Shown: piece after piece, positions 22,872-33,069 of the stretch
Position numbering within the stretch: the first letter of the stretch is position 1
Layout: each line of letters begins with the position of its first letter
IMG/VR virus record: IMGVR_UViG_3300021197_001811
Strand: one strand, 5' to 3'
Origin: an uncultured virus (IMG/VR IMGVR_UViG_3300021197_001811)
Taxonomy: Duplodnaviria > Heunggongvirae > Uroviricota > Caudoviricetes
Length of the DNA: 64,000 nucleotides
Program-made: the position numbers and the translations under genes
The notes under the pieces: model-generated
Told to the model about the DNA's origin: nothing
The model's input: only the letters and a program-made list of their open reading frames with translations
Databases searched by the model: none

Positions 22872-25421
22872 CTATTCTATTCTTTCGACTGAGGTTGAAA
22901 TTTTAAAAATTCTCTCTACATTCCTTAATCTTCTTGTTTCTCTTAGAATTCTCGCTTTTGTATCTTCCGGGGAGCGGACCTGGCCTGGTGAGCTTGGTAT
23001 AAACTTTATAGACAAGCCTGATATGTATCTTCCTTCTGCTATCTTTCTATTTGCAATCACGACCGTGACGATAGTTACGCCTTCGAGAGCGCGAAGGTCA
23101 GCTAAAATGTCCTCTAGTCCTCTTTGCTTGTTTCCGGTGTCGTCTGCAGAGTATCCTATCATACAATGAAACCTATAGATACCGGACTGTCTAGTTCTTC
23201 CCTTCTCTTCTTCGATTCCCCTGAAATATCTGTCGATATCTGGCTGTGCACCGAGCGACTCTGATAGTTCTTCCATTTCTAGACCGATCATTGGGTTCGC
23301 GACGAAGCTAGGGACAAGAAATTCTCCTGAGGGTTCTGGGTTGGAGGAAAGCTGATTCCATATTGGCCTTAAGATTCCAGAGTTTATCTGATGGAACATA
23401 TATGTAGCGCCTGTCGTGCGCAGCCCCCTGGCAAGATCAAGGCCCAGATTGGCTTTGTATGCGCCTCTAGAGTAGTCTGGTAGCTTTTTCAGCAGATCTT
23501 TAACTCGGCTATTTTGAGAAGTCTTGGCCAACGCTATGAGGTTTTTTGCCACATCGGGCATGTTCGCTAAAAAGTCTTTTTGGGCTTGGACCATATCTTG
23601 CATTATTTCAACCCCGGATTCTATCACAGCTTGTTGAACTCTTTCAAAGTTGTTATCAATAAACCTTACAATGTTTAATGTTGCATCTAATTCTTCTTGA
23701 TCTGCCTCCGTGTTGTCCATCGTTAGTCTCACTGTCGCTGAAACTTTGCGTTCGTTGACATCTTCCTCTAGAAAGACGGTCAAAGACTCTGGAATTGATA
23801 TGCTTTGTACTACTCGCGGGGGAAGGTCGCTTATTGGTAGTTCTAATTGCTGCGCCAAAACTGTCTGGAGTGCCTTGTTTAAACCTTCCAGCTTCGATAC
23901 CACCTTCTTGCTTAGATCAGGGTTGAAGAAGCGCCCGTACTTTTCAGTTGTTAAAGATTTTAATTGCTCGCGGGTCTCAAGACCTGGGATTGTCATTCCT
24001 TCTTTGGCTTCAAATCGTATATCCTCATCTCCAAGGTACTCGGAGTTGTCGGTGATCTTGAAATTTTTCAGGGATGACTGTACGTCCGCGAGCGTTTTTC
24101 TAAAGCTGTCATATGTCGATGGCGCGATGTACCCTTCTTCTGATAGGAACTTCATCAGCACTCTACGAATCTTTGGGAAGTCCTTATCGTAGTATGTCAT
24201 ATTGTCCAAAAAGCTGTCGTACCCATCTGGATTTCCTTCGTAGTCTTCTGTTGACATTCGAAGTTCAAATGTTGTCACTCCCGAGTGATCATAGGAGTCG
24301 ATGTCATCGAAATAAAGCTGAGCTTCCGAGTATTTGTTTACCAACTCGCGTTCGTAGCCGTAGCCGGGATCATACTCCCCACCATCGAAGACTTCGTTAT
24401 TTAGCTCGATAGTGAAGGATCCATTGAACATCATATAAGATCCTTCACCGTAATCATCGATCTCGTAACTATAGCTGCCGTTAACAATCTTGTCCGCGTA
24501 CTCTTGTTCTAGCGCCTGAGCTGCATCATCCCAGCCTTGCGTTGCGTCTGGAGGATTGTCCAGGACATTATTGTAACCACTACCGACAAGATCACTAGCT
24601 TCTTCATCGACCGCTTCCCTATCATCGTCATCATCAATCAAATCATAATCGGCCTTTGGTCCGAGCCTATTCATCGTTACCGCACTATAAACTGCGCTCT
24701 CTCCGACTTCGTCGTCTGCTGCGTCGAAGACATCTTCCAGGTCTCCGCTGCGATCATAAACAAGTGCTAGCTTATGCAGCTCATGCTCTGCAGGAATATT
24801 ATTAAATCTTACCATCACGAACGCTTTGTTTTCGGATGTATATTGGTCGAAGTAATTCTTGCCCTGTGTGGCAGAGATGCACCATCTAGTACTCTTGCCG
24901 AAGTAGCATGAAGCCTCAGTGGACAAAGGACGGACGGCGAAGATGTCGTTTTCGTCATAAACGATCTCTGCACTTTCCATTGCACTTTCTTTTTCTTTGT
25001 CTCTCTTCTCCTTCGAGGAGAGTCCGAGTTTGGACAGGTTGTACTGCAATTCGCCAGCGTTAAACTTATAGATGTCCTTCTCTTCCATCCTCTGCTGGTT
25101 TTCTTGGAATGTCATAATCGACTCCAACAGAGCGTTCGCCACCTCGAACACGTTCGAATCGGCCTGCATTCTCTCTGCCCAGCCAGGCTCGTCGATATCG
25201 TCTATAAAGTTTGCGCGAAGCTCTCTCGCGAACCACATTAGATACTTAGAAACGCCTTTGGGGCCTAGGACGCCCTCTATTTGCCTGCGACCGAAGTTAA
25301 TCCACCCTCCCTTGTCAAGGGTGGCATACTTCTTCTTAATATCCTTGACCCTTGCTTCGACAAGCAGTTCAAGTTCTTTGTCTTCGTTGAGATAGTTTTT
25401 CCAGATAGAATTGAAGTTCAT
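22872..25421 (-). CDS. large hypothetical protein, probable virion-internal
   Basis: WKNYLNE..LLVEA N-terminus, ASCYFG...WCIS motif, ACTAATTA upstream. Confidence 0.6.
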   Translation of the reverse strand: MNFNSIWKNYLNEDKELELLVEARVKDIKKKYATLDKGGWINFGRRQIEGVLGPKGVSKYLMWFARELRANFIDDIDEPGWAERMQADSNVFEVANALLESIMTFQENQQRMEEKDIYKFNAGELQYNLSKLGLSSKEKRDKEKESAMESAEIVYDENDIFAVRPLSTEASCYFGKSTRWCISATQGKNYFDQYTSENKAFVMVRFNNIPAEHELHKLALVYDRSGDLEDVFDAADDEVGESAVYSAVTMNRLGPKADYDLIDDDDDREAVDEEASDLVGSGYNNVLDNPPDATQGWDDAAQALEQEYADKIVNGSYSYEIDDYGEGSYMMFNGSFTIELNNEVFDGGEYDPGYGYERELVNKYSEAQLYFDDIDSYDHSGVTTFELRMSTEDYEGNPDGYDSFLDNMTYYDKDFPKIRRVLMKFLSEEGYIAPSTYDSFRKTLADVQSSLKNFKITDNSEYLGDEDIRFEAKEGMTIPGLETREQLKSLTTEKYGRFFNPDLSKKVVSKLEGLNKALQTVLAQQLELPISDLPPRVVQSISIPESLTVFLEEDVNERKVSATVRLTMDNTEADQEELDATLNIVRFIDNNFERVQQAVIESGVEIMQDMVQAQKDFLANMPDVAKNLIALAKTSQNSRVKDLLKKLPDYSRGAYKANLGLDLARGLRTTGATYMFHQINSGILRPIWNQLSSNPEPSGEFLVPSFVANPMIGLEMEELSESLGAQPDIDRYFRGIEEEKGRTRQSGIYRFHCMIGYSADDTGNKQRGLEDILADLRALEGVTIVTVVIANRKIAEGRYISGLSIKFIPSSPGQVRSPEDTKARILRETRRLRNVERIFKISTSVERIE

Positions 25422-25477
25422 GAAAAGATTACACCTTTTTTATAATAATTAGTCTAGACACAAACAAAAGGAGTCTG

Positions 25478-25822
25478 TCAACCATAAATTTGTATTAAAA
25501 TAATAGCTACTGCGAGGACAAGACACAGTATGGTCTTGACCGTGAACATACTCTCTCCAAGATAGATCCATGTCAAAAGAGGGAAAACGAGAAATCCAGT
25601 GCCCGAGCCAATGAAGCGGGCGCTCCACACAGATTGGGTAGAGTCCGCTACCATTCTCCAGGCGTACCAAAAGGCGATACTAGTTGGCATCCCAAAGACT
25701 ACTGCCGACATTAAGGGCTTGTCCTGCCACCATTTCCAAACGTACTGAGAGTTGAGCTGGTACCATCCCCCGATTTGGCCTAGCATAAATATAAACACAC
25801 CCAGAAACAGCTTTAAAGTCAT
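25478..25822 (-). CDS. 4-TM membrane protein (DMT/SMR-like)
   Basis: four hydrophobic segments, W.YLGE.F motif. Confidence 0.55.
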   Translation of the reverse strand: MTLKLFLGVFIFMLGQIGGWYQLNSQYVWKWWQDKPLMSAVVFGMPTSIAFWYAWRMVADSTQSVWSARFIGSGTGFLVFPLLTWIYLGESMFTVKTILCLVLAVAIILIQIYG

Positions 25823-26175
25823 TGGTCTTCTAGGCTTATGTTATACTTTGATAAAAACTGCCTTCCCTCAAAGATTGCAAAGACCATCTTTACGATACCA
25901 GTTGCGGCGGTCATCTTTATTCTATAAACCGCATTGTCTGGTGTCCCTTCCAGGTTGAAAGTCTTACTAAGATATGACTCAAACGCGCCTGCTAGCGCGT
26001 GAAGCTCTGCGACTCGCTGAACCATTTCAGACCCCAGAACGTGGACCCCAGTGTAGTGGTCCGACAAGACGAGGTCCGTGCGCTCAATCAGTCTGTTCGC
26101 ATTCTGAAAGTATGCTTCGACTTCATCCCTCTTGAGGTCATAAAATCCTTGCTTGGGATCTTTCTGATTAGACAT
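25819..26175 (-). CDS. hypothetical protein
   Basis: coupled ORF. Confidence 0.6.
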   Translation of the reverse strand: MSNQKDPKQGFYDLKRDEVEAYFQNANRLIERTDLVLSDHYTGVHVLGSEMVQRVAELHALAGAFESYLSKTFNLEGTPDNAVYRIKMTAATGIVKMVFAIFEGRQFLSKYNISLEDQ

Positions 26176-26551
26176 TTCTGCCCTTGCCCCAAAATAGCTT
26201 GTTCTTTCTAGCGTCAGTTACAAGTAGTGCCGAAATGTATCGACCCTCATCCTTGTCCACAATTCTTGCACTATAGTACTCCAAAGATCCGTACTTTGGC
26301 TTTGGGATCTTTTTGGCATACTTCTTGCGCGGAGGTGGCTGATTCAAATATTCAACACATCTTTTGGTAATATCCTCTGTCGATGATTCTTCTAGAATCG
26401 CTGTGTCTTCTATCTTGATATATGCTGCGATGACCCACTTCTTTGATCCGAAATTCTTGACATCCCAAAAGCAACTGCCGTGATACCTACCGAAGCGGGT
26501 CTTTCCTGGGAACTCTCCCGAAGAAATTGGCACAAGTTCACACTTAATCAT
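26168..26551 (-). CDS. hypothetical protein
   Basis: ATG 26551 after GGAG. Confidence 0.6.
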   Translation of the reverse strand: MIKCELVPISSGEFPGKTRFGRYHGSCFWDVKNFGSKKWVIAAYIKIEDTAILEESSTEDITKRCVEYLNQPPPRKKYAKKIPKPKYGSLEYYSARIVDKDEGRYISALLVTDARKNKLFWGKGRNV

Positions 26552-26801
26552 TGAAATACTCCACCAATTCAGAATACCCGCCAATTAACTTGGTCCTTCC
26601 CGATGATCGGTTGTTCTCCAAGATAATCGGTACGGTAGTACGATCGTAAAAACTCTTTGCGTCTTCGATCGCTTCTGGATCTTCAGAGAAGTCAAAGAAG
26701 ACACTCTCCTTCTCTTTCTCATCCAAGAGGTCGATAGCCTTCTTGCAGAAGGAGCATGCCCCCTTGCCGTAGACAAAGTATCTGTTAAATTGATCAATCA
26801 T
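26544..26801 (-). CDS. glutaredoxin
   Basis: CSFC, TVP.I, IGGYSEL. Confidence 0.85.
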   Translation of the reverse strand: MIDQFNRYFVYGKGACSFCKKAIDLLDEKEKESVFFDFSEDPEAIEDAKSFYDRTTVPIILENNRSSGRTKLIGGYSELVEYFND

Positions 26802-27060
26802 GTAAAATCCCTTTCTTGCTAAATAACCGTTCTTCAAGTTGCTTGAGGGTGCCCACTACGGTCATCTCCCTCCCCTGGATCCAAAGAGTACAATAATCAC
26901 CAGACCCGTTCGCGAGAGATTCGCGTAGGTTCTTGTTGTTGTTAGGCCTGATGTATTGTATGTGTTCGGGATTAATAAAGATATCCCGAATCTCATATTT
27001 GTATCGATCTCTCCAATCGTTACTCGCAACTGTTGTTACGACTTCTTGTAATTTAACCAT
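26794..27060 (-). CDS. hypothetical protein (FlbD-like pattern)
   Basis: FINPEHIQYI...CTLW...MTV.GT...LEE. Confidence 0.4.
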   Translation of the reverse strand: MVKLQEVVTTVASNDWRDRYKYEIRDIFINPEHIQYIRPNNNKNLRESLANGSGDYCTLWIQGREMTVVGTLKQLEERLFSKKGILHD

Positions 27061-27358
27061 TCTCTGAAACCTCCTCTGTGTCTGGCACTTCTGGATAAGA
27101 AGGGCTGTCTGTCATCGTCCTAAGATAGCCTACTAGCATCTCGTCACAGTCGTCAAGGGCTAAGTCAACATTCATTAATACCTTCCTAATCTCTGAAATT
27201 TCTTTTAGACATTTCTCAATTGAATTGTTTTTCATCTTCTTTAGCGAAGCCAAACGATCAGATATGTCTTTTGCAGATGTTGCTGCAATATCGAAAAGCG
27301 GATCTGTCTTTGATGGTACATCACTAAGATCTACTGTATATGTAATTTTCACTTTCAT
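27053..27358 (-). CDS. hypothetical coiled-coil protein
   Basis: coupled ORF. Confidence 0.6.
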   Translation of the reverse strand: MKVKITYTVDLSDVPSKTDPLFDIAATSAKDISDRLASLKKMKNNSIEKCLKEISEIRKVLMNVDLALDDCDEMLVGYLRTMTDSPSYPEVPDTEEVSENG

Positions 27359-27361
27359 AAT

Positions 27362-27790
27362 TTATATCCATTCAACATATGTTTTAAGCGCAGCAGTTCT
27401 GTGCCGGGCGAATAGTTCTTCATCAATCTCTATAGAAAGATAATCTGCCAGGCTTCTCGCCTCTTCCCAGGCGAGGACCTCTTCTCGGAGAACATCCGTC
27501 CTGTGGTTGATGTTGCCTCTGACGAATGCTCCCTTGTCTTTCATAAAGGGGAATCGCTTTTGCTCTTTCCAACCACTTTCTGATCTTATAATAACATGTC
27601 CTGCTTCATGAAGCAAGCTATTAAGTCGACTATTGTAATTTTGTCTAGAATTAATTTCCACTCTGGCGATGTCTTCGTAGTATACATCCCTATAGTCTGG
27701 CGAATAGTCCACTTCAACAGAGTGTTCCTGATATAGGAAGCTCTCGATTATGTTTAGGTTTTCTATTATCTTTTGTTTTTGTAGGGGCAC
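27362..27790 (-). CDS. HExxH metalloprotease-like protein (ImmA/IrrE-like)
   Basis: LLHEAGH plus EE.LAW. Confidence 0.6.
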   Translation of the reverse strand: MPLQKQKIIENLNIIESFLYQEHSVEVDYSPDYRDVYYEDIARVEINSRQNYNSRLNSLLHEAGHVIIRSESGWKEQKRFPFMKDKGAFVRGNINHRTDVLREEVLAWEEARSLADYLSIEIDEELFARHRTAALKTYVEWI

Positions 27791-27804
27791 GAACCCACCT
27801 TTCT

Positions 27805-28056
27805 TTATCCTATAGATTTGAGAATAAAAGCAGCGACGAGGCCCACTACAGTGGTGAACAAGGTCCAGATCATCTTTGACGAGGTGTTCTGCCAGGCCTC
27901 AAGTGCTCGGAGGCGTGCGTAGAGGCCCTCATCTGGATTGTAGACAGCTTCTTTTATCTTTCCAATGTCCTCTGCCATCTCTTCTTGTTTGTCTTTTACG
28001 GTCTCAATACCGTTACAAAGTCTATCAAGCTTAATCTTAATGTCGCTGTCATCCAT
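27805..28056 (-). CDS. coiled-coil protein with C-terminal TM (holin/hemolysin-like topology)
   Basis: GL..RL..LE then TM; GGAGG SD. Confidence 0.5.
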   Translation of the reverse strand: MDDSDIKIKLDRLCNGIETVKDKQEEMAEDIGKIKEAVYNPDEGLYARLRALEAWQNTSSKMIWTLFTTVVGLVAAFILKSIG

Positions 28057-28100
28057 AATAGTTGATCCTCCAAACTTAACTAGTTCTAGTTGACATCATT

Positions 28101-29669
28101 TTACTCGATAATAGCATAATTTGTTGTGATTAGAATCCCAGCAACCGATGCGGCGTTTTGAAGAGCGCAGCGGGTAACCTTTACAGGATCGATTACGCCG
28201 CTCTCTAAAAGATTGGTTGTCTCTCCTGTTAGAAAGTTCACTCCAATGTCTTCGTTCTCAGCGTCATCAATCTTAGATGCCACGTCTTGCCATTCCATAC
28301 CTGAGTTTCTTGCCATCATTTGCAATGGAGAGCAAAGGGCTCTCTTTACAATGTCAACTCCAAGCGCCTGCTCGGCTGAATCAGTTCCCACATCAAGCTT
28401 TTTAGAAATCCGATAGAGCATAACTCCGCCGCCTGGAATAATACCTTCCATTTGAGCGGAGCGCACAGCCTCTAGAGCATCCTCGATTCTATGCTTCTTC
28501 TCGATCATATCGATCTGTGTTGCTGCACCGACTCTGATAATCGCGATACCCGAAGAGAGTCTTGTGATTCGCTCTTGTAGCTGCTCACACTCGTACAAAG
28601 AATCAGTCTGTTCCAACTCTTCTTTAACCTCTTCGATTCTTTCATCGATCTCTGAATGAAGACCACCGCCGTCTACGATTGTAGTCATATTCTTTGTGAT
28701 CTCGATAGTTTTCGCTGTTCCAAAGTCAATTAACGAGACCTGCTTGATATCGTCACCTGATGATCTCTGGAAATACTTGCTGTTTGTTGCGATGGACAGG
28801 TCTGACATGATCTGCCTTCTTGCCTCTCCATATCTCGGAGCCTTGACAGCTGCAACCTTCATTGAGCCACGGACAGTGTTCATAATCAAAGCTGCTAGAG
28901 CCTGACCTTCGATCTCGTCCGCAACAATAATAAGAGGCCTGGCCTCTCGTGCCGCAATCTCCAAAGAAGGCAAGATCTGATCAACTGATTCGACTCGAAA
29001 GTCGGTGATCAAAAACATTGGGTTCTCAAACCTGGTAATGGATCGTCGAGTATCTGTAACGAATGCAGAAGCAGCGTATCCAGAGTCGAACCGAAAACCC
29101 TCTACCAAATCAAGCGCTGTATCCAGAGAGTTCGCCTCTTCGATAGTGATCGACCCATCCTTTCCCACCTTATCGACGGCTAGAGCAATAAGGTCTCCGA
29201 TACTCTTATCGTTGTTTGCCGAGATGGTTGCGATATGAGAAATGTCATCCGCACTTGCAACAGGCCGAGCCTTTTCCTCCAGAGCGAAGACAGTAGCTGT
29301 CACAGCCTTGTCGATCCCCCTCCTTAATTCCGTTGGACTGGCACCGTTCTCAATGAACTTCCAAGCCTCTTTAAAGATCGCTCGGGTTAGTACCGTTGAA
29401 GTAGTTGTGCCATCACCAGCGTCGACATTCGTCTTAGCTGATGCTTGTTTTACAATCTGAGCGCCTGCGTTCTCGAAGGGATCATCGAGATCTACAAACT
29501 TTGCGACTGTAACTCCATCTTTTGTAATGATGGGCATCTTGCCCTTCTCTTGAATGATAACATTGCGGCCTCTGGGTCCTAGAGTTGATGCAACATTGTC
29601 TGCTAGCGTATTGACCCCTGTTAGAATTTTATTGTGTAATTCTTGCTTAGATGAAAAATGCTTTGACAT
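28101..29669 (-). CDS. groEL: chaperonin GroEL
   Basis: TLGPRGRNV, ITKDGVTVA, GDGTTT, IEDAL, IDP.KV.R; no GGM tail. Confidence 0.97.
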   Translation of the reverse strand: MSKHFSSKQELHNKILTGVNTLADNVASTLGPRGRNVIIQEKGKMPIITKDGVTVAKFVDLDDPFENAGAQIVKQASAKTNVDAGDGTTTSTVLTRAIFKEAWKFIENGASPTELRRGIDKAVTATVFALEEKARPVASADDISHIATISANNDKSIGDLIALAVDKVGKDGSITIEEANSLDTALDLVEGFRFDSGYAASAFVTDTRRSITRFENPMFLITDFRVESVDQILPSLEIAAREARPLIIVADEIEGQALAALIMNTVRGSMKVAAVKAPRYGEARRQIMSDLSIATNSKYFQRSSGDDIKQVSLIDFGTAKTIEITKNMTTIVDGGGLHSEIDERIEEVKEELEQTDSLYECEQLQERITRLSSGIAIIRVGAATQIDMIEKKHRIEDALEAVRSAQMEGIIPGGGVMLYRISKKLDVGTDSAEQALGVDIVKRALCSPLQMMARNSGMEWQDVASKIDDAENEDIGVNFLTGETTNLLESGVIDPVKVTRCALQNAASVAGILITTNYAIIE

Positions 29670-29695
29670 TAATTCCTCACTTTCTTTTATAATAT

Positions 29696-29724
29696 ATTAT
29701 AAGCATTAATTGCTGGTTTGTCAA
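29696..29724 (-). promoter_or_regulatory. consensus sigma70 promoter TTGACA-N17-TATAAT upstream of groEL
   Basis: read directly. Confidence 0.85.
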
Positions 29725-31055
29725 GTATCTTCTTCAGAAAGTTGACCTTCCAGGTTTGATTTGATTTCTTCTGCGTCTTTAGAGGCGTCTCTGCCTGCGG
29801 AAATTGCGTTGGATCTTAGGCGCTCCGAGAAGTAATCACCTATGTTTCCGGTGAGAGACTGAACTGATTCCATGAGACCTAGCACCTGATCACCGAGCGT
29901 CTTTGCGTATATCTCTGCAATCGCCAAAATCCTCTCATCTGACATATCCAGTTCTCCGTGATGAATCAAATTTATGGTGCCCATATCGTTCATCATCTTG
30001 AAGCTTACCTTCCATTGGGCTCCACCTTCCTTTCCTTCTGTCAGGAGGCCCTCTTCCAACATCGCTAGTTTTTCAGCTTCGTGGAAAGATTCTGCCACAG
30101 GAGTTGGCCCTACTTCAGGTGGCGCTATCTGCGCGTTCGCAGCTTCTGCCTCTGCCTCCTCTGCTGCAGCGGCATCATCGGCAGCGTTCTTTGCTATCGC
30201 GTGCAACTTGCCACCCTTTGTGTATCCTGGCAACTTAGTGACCGCCTTGGCTACGTCTTCTATAGATCCGTTACTAAGTATGTTCTGTAGCTGACCTTCA
30301 TTGGCTCCGCCCAACAGTCTATTGTGGGCGTTTGCAGCGCCGCCGACAATGAAAGAGACGAGATTGTCTCTTGATATCGTGAAGTCGTAGATGTCCAGCT
30401 TTTCTACGTTAGACTTTGCGTTCTTGTATGCCACTAGATACTTTATACTTGGCTCGCCTCTGACAAAAAGATAATCTACCAAGTTCGTAAAACTACCCTT
30501 GATCTCTGTCCTCTTCTGTAAAAGCTTTAGGCTAACAGCGGTGGGGGTGCCACCGAACTCTGTGAATGCGACGAAGTCTTCTATTGGCAAAGTTCCTCCG
30601 ACCCTTTCTGCCTGCTGAAAGCCTCCAGTAAGCACTGCCATAAAGGCTTCGAGCACGAATCCAGCAGCTGATTCGCTGAAGTGGTTAAGTGCGGCCTTGA
30701 GGCTTTCTAGAATAATCATGTTGTTAATGATAACTCGTGGAGAGTACTTGCGTTTCGCTTTCGCTGGGTCAAGGTAATCGTTTATAGACTGAATACGTGC
30801 AGATATGCTGTTGCCGCCTCTGACAACCTTGAAGATTTCATTAATTTGGGCTCTTTCCATCGAGTTCGGGTCACCCCAAGCTTCCGAGGGCGAAAACTTG
30901 GGAACAACCATCATGAACTTTCTTCCTGAAGAGTCCTCTTCTTGCTCCACTGTTAGCGATGCTTCTCCGAGGGCTTCTTTTATCATCTCGAAGAGCACAT
31001 CGTTAACTTTTGTTTGTTTATTGTAAATGTTGGTTAGATCATCAAAACTAGACAT
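29721..31055 (-). CDS. hypothetical protein, possible restriction-endonuclease-like fold, probable virion-internal
   Basis: GFVLE...IED...VSLK; LxE-rich segments; ACTAATTA upstream. Confidence 0.45.
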   Translation of the reverse strand: MSSFDDLTNIYNKQTKVNDVLFEMIKEALGEASLTVEQEEDSSGRKFMMVVPKFSPSEAWGDPNSMERAQINEIFKVVRGGNSISARIQSINDYLDPAKAKRKYSPRVIINNMIILESLKAALNHFSESAAGFVLEAFMAVLTGGFQQAERVGGTLPIEDFVAFTEFGGTPTAVSLKLLQKRTEIKGSFTNLVDYLFVRGEPSIKYLVAYKNAKSNVEKLDIYDFTISRDNLVSFIVGGAANAHNRLLGGANEGQLQNILSNGSIEDVAKAVTKLPGYTKGGKLHAIAKNAADDAAAAEEAEAEAANAQIAPPEVGPTPVAESFHEAEKLAMLEEGLLTEGKEGGAQWKVSFKMMNDMGTINLIHHGELDMSDERILAIAEIYAKTLGDQVLGLMESVQSLTGNIGDYFSERLRSNAISAGRDASKDAEEIKSNLEGQLSEEDT

Positions 31056-31084
31056 AAACTATTCTCCTTTTAGTATAATTAGTA

Positions 31085-31774
31085 TTACACTATCTCATCG
31101 GCTATGCCAAATTCGACCGCTTCTTCTGCCGAGAGGTAGACATCTATCTGCTTCTTAAGCATCTTTCTAATCTTCCCCTCTGTGAGCTTAGACTCCTTTG
31201 CCAGGCACTTGATGTACTGGTCCTGGATCCACCTCACCTCAGCGATCTCGTTTTCCATACTGTGGATGTTTCCTCCGAAGCCACCCATGACGCTGTGAAT
31301 CATGACTCTGCAGTTTGCTCCAATCTTTCTCTTGCCCTTTGTACCAGCAGCGAAAATTAGAACACCAGCAGACATAACCTTTCCGACGCCAAGAGTCTCT
31401 ATGTCGCAAGTCTTCTTGACGAGCGTCATCGTGTCATAAAGAGAAAACATTTCTGAGGCTGAGCCCCCCTGAGTTGAGACCAACATCTTGATTGGCTTGG
31501 TTGTGTGAACCAGTTCTGAATCCGGGTCTTCTGGATCTTCGTACGCTACACTATTTGCAGTGTCTGCGAAATACAAGAGCGTTGCCACGGCATCAGCACA
31601 CATTTTCTCGTCGACATCACCATATAACGAGAAGCTACGAATACCCTCCCCTTGTGGCTGCTCAATATTGTTGATGATCACGATCTGATTGTCATCCATT
31701 GGAGGATTGTGGATAACTTGACATCTTTCTACTGGCCCCGATTCGGTGCACTCAGGCTCTTTTTCGTTTTGCAT
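31085..31774 (-). CDS. clpP: ClpP protease
   Basis: STQGG, VMSAG (Ser), MIHS (His), D.YLSAEEAVEFGIAD. Confidence 0.92.
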   Translation of the reverse strand: MQNEKEPECTESGPVERCQVIHNPPMDDNQIVIINNIEQPQGEGIRSFSLYGDVDEKMCADAVATLLYFADTANSVAYEDPEDPDSELVHTTKPIKMLVSTQGGSASEMFSLYDTMTLVKKTCDIETLGVGKVMSAGVLIFAAGTKGKRKIGANCRVMIHSVMGGFGGNIHSMENEIAEVRWIQDQYIKCLAKESKLTEGKIRKMLKKQIDVYLSAEEAVEFGIADEIV

Positions 31775-32060
31775 TGATAACCTTCTTTTTTCCTGTTCTT
31801 TGATTTACTTCTTCGACCATAAATGGAAGAGTTCTTGCAAACTTCATCCACGATTGTTTATCCTCAAAAATACGCATCATAATAAGGATGGTCTTTTGAT
31901 TGTTTGGATCATAACCCTCTCCGGCATGCTTCCAGCCTTGGAACTCCTTCATCAGAGAGTTAAGTTCTCTCTTTCCTTTCAACTTTGCTTGTATTCTATA
32001 GGTGATGAGGCCATCTGTCTCCCTCTTTTCTCCCCAAGCGACTACTTTCTCAATGCTCAT
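31752..32060 (-). CDS. hypothetical protein
   Basis: coupled ORF. Confidence 0.6.
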   Translation of the reverse strand: MSIEKVVAWGEKRETDGLITYRIQAKLKGKRELNSLMKEFQGWKHAGEGYDPNNQKTILIMMRIFEDKQSWMKFARTLPFMVEEVNQRTGKKKVINAKRKRA

Positions 32061-32439
32061 TTTTATCTTCCTCCAGCTTTCTAAGTATACTGTTCAAGTC
32101 AATTCTATCGTCCCAAATGTAACGTGGAATACTTTTAATATATTTTGTTGGTATTGTCAATGCCACCGTGGTAAAAAGAAGCATTTGCCACTTAGCGACA
32201 AAATCCCTATCATTAGTGATGGTCTTTTTCACGATTAAGTCAGGTACATCTGAAATCTTCAAGGCTGAGTGCTTGAGTGCCAGAACTCGGTCTACATCGA
32301 CACTAAGAGCGTCGAACAACTTACCTGTAATTAGCAATGTTTGTAAAATGATATGAGCTTCCAGGCGCTTTGCCAGAAAGAAGGATATTAGCCGGTGCAC
32401 TAAGGCACCGGCCAGAAACCATAATAAGTAAATTAACAT
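32050..32439 (-). CDS. membrane-associated hypothetical protein
   Basis: ATG 7 nt after the -10 of promoter 32446-32474 (leaderless). Confidence 0.6.
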   Translation of the reverse strand: MLIYLLWFLAGALVHRLISFFLAKRLEAHIILQTLLITGKLFDALSVDVDRVLALKHSALKISDVPDLIVKKTITNDRDFVAKWQMLLFTTVALTIPTKYIKSIPRYIWDDRIDLNSILRKLEEDKNEH

Positions 32440-32481
32440 ATGTATATAATACAGTCTTTCAGCTGTTATGTCAACAACAAA

Positions 32482-33069
32482 TTAATTTTTTGTGAGCTTC
32501 TTAGCGAGAGCCTCTTTGAGGATCCTCTTTGTAACGCGAGAAGTGATTCGATCAAGAACCTCATTAAGCTGATCTTCGTCAACTTCCATGAGAGGTGCTT
32601 CTTCCTCTTCCTCTTCTTCAGCTGGAAGATCCATAACCTCTTCTTCTTCAGCTGGAAGTTCCATCTCCATCTCTGCTGGAGCAGCTGCTTCGTCACCGGC
32701 ACCAAGAATCTGGTCGATAACATCGCGAGCGGTTCTAAGAGCTTCAACGTCGGACTCAGGTATGGAAACCTCCGCCTCAACATCTCCCTCTTCTCCGCCC
32801 ATGTCCATCTCTGGCTCTTCCATTGCAGGTTCTTCCATCGCAGGCTCTTCCATCGCAGGCTCTGGCATTTCGTCTTCCATCTCCTCCTCTGTCACGGCCT
32901 CTTCCATGTTCTCGTCCTCATCTCTGAGTGCGGGAGGAGCCATCTCGTCCATTGTCTCTCCCTCGTCCTCTTCGAGGAAGTCAATGTTATCCTCGTTTAT
33001 AGCTCCGATTCCGGAAAGCTTCCAGAAGCGGCGGATAGTTGCTTCCTTAAGTAGTGTCTTTTTACTCAT
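32482..33069 (-). CDS. highly acidic protein (scaffold/internal head-like)
   Basis: LLKEATIRRFWKLSGI N-terminus, EPAME repeats, LxE sites. Confidence 0.55.
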   Translation of the reverse strand: MSKKTLLKEATIRRFWKLSGIGAINEDNIDFLEEDEGETMDEMAPPALRDEDENMEEAVTEEEMEDEMPEPAMEEPAMEEPAMEEPEMDMGGEEGDVEAEVSIPESDVEALRTARDVIDQILGAGDEAAAPAEMEMELPAEEEEVMDLPAEEEEEEEAPLMEVDEDQLNEVLDRITSRVTKRILKEALAKKLTKN

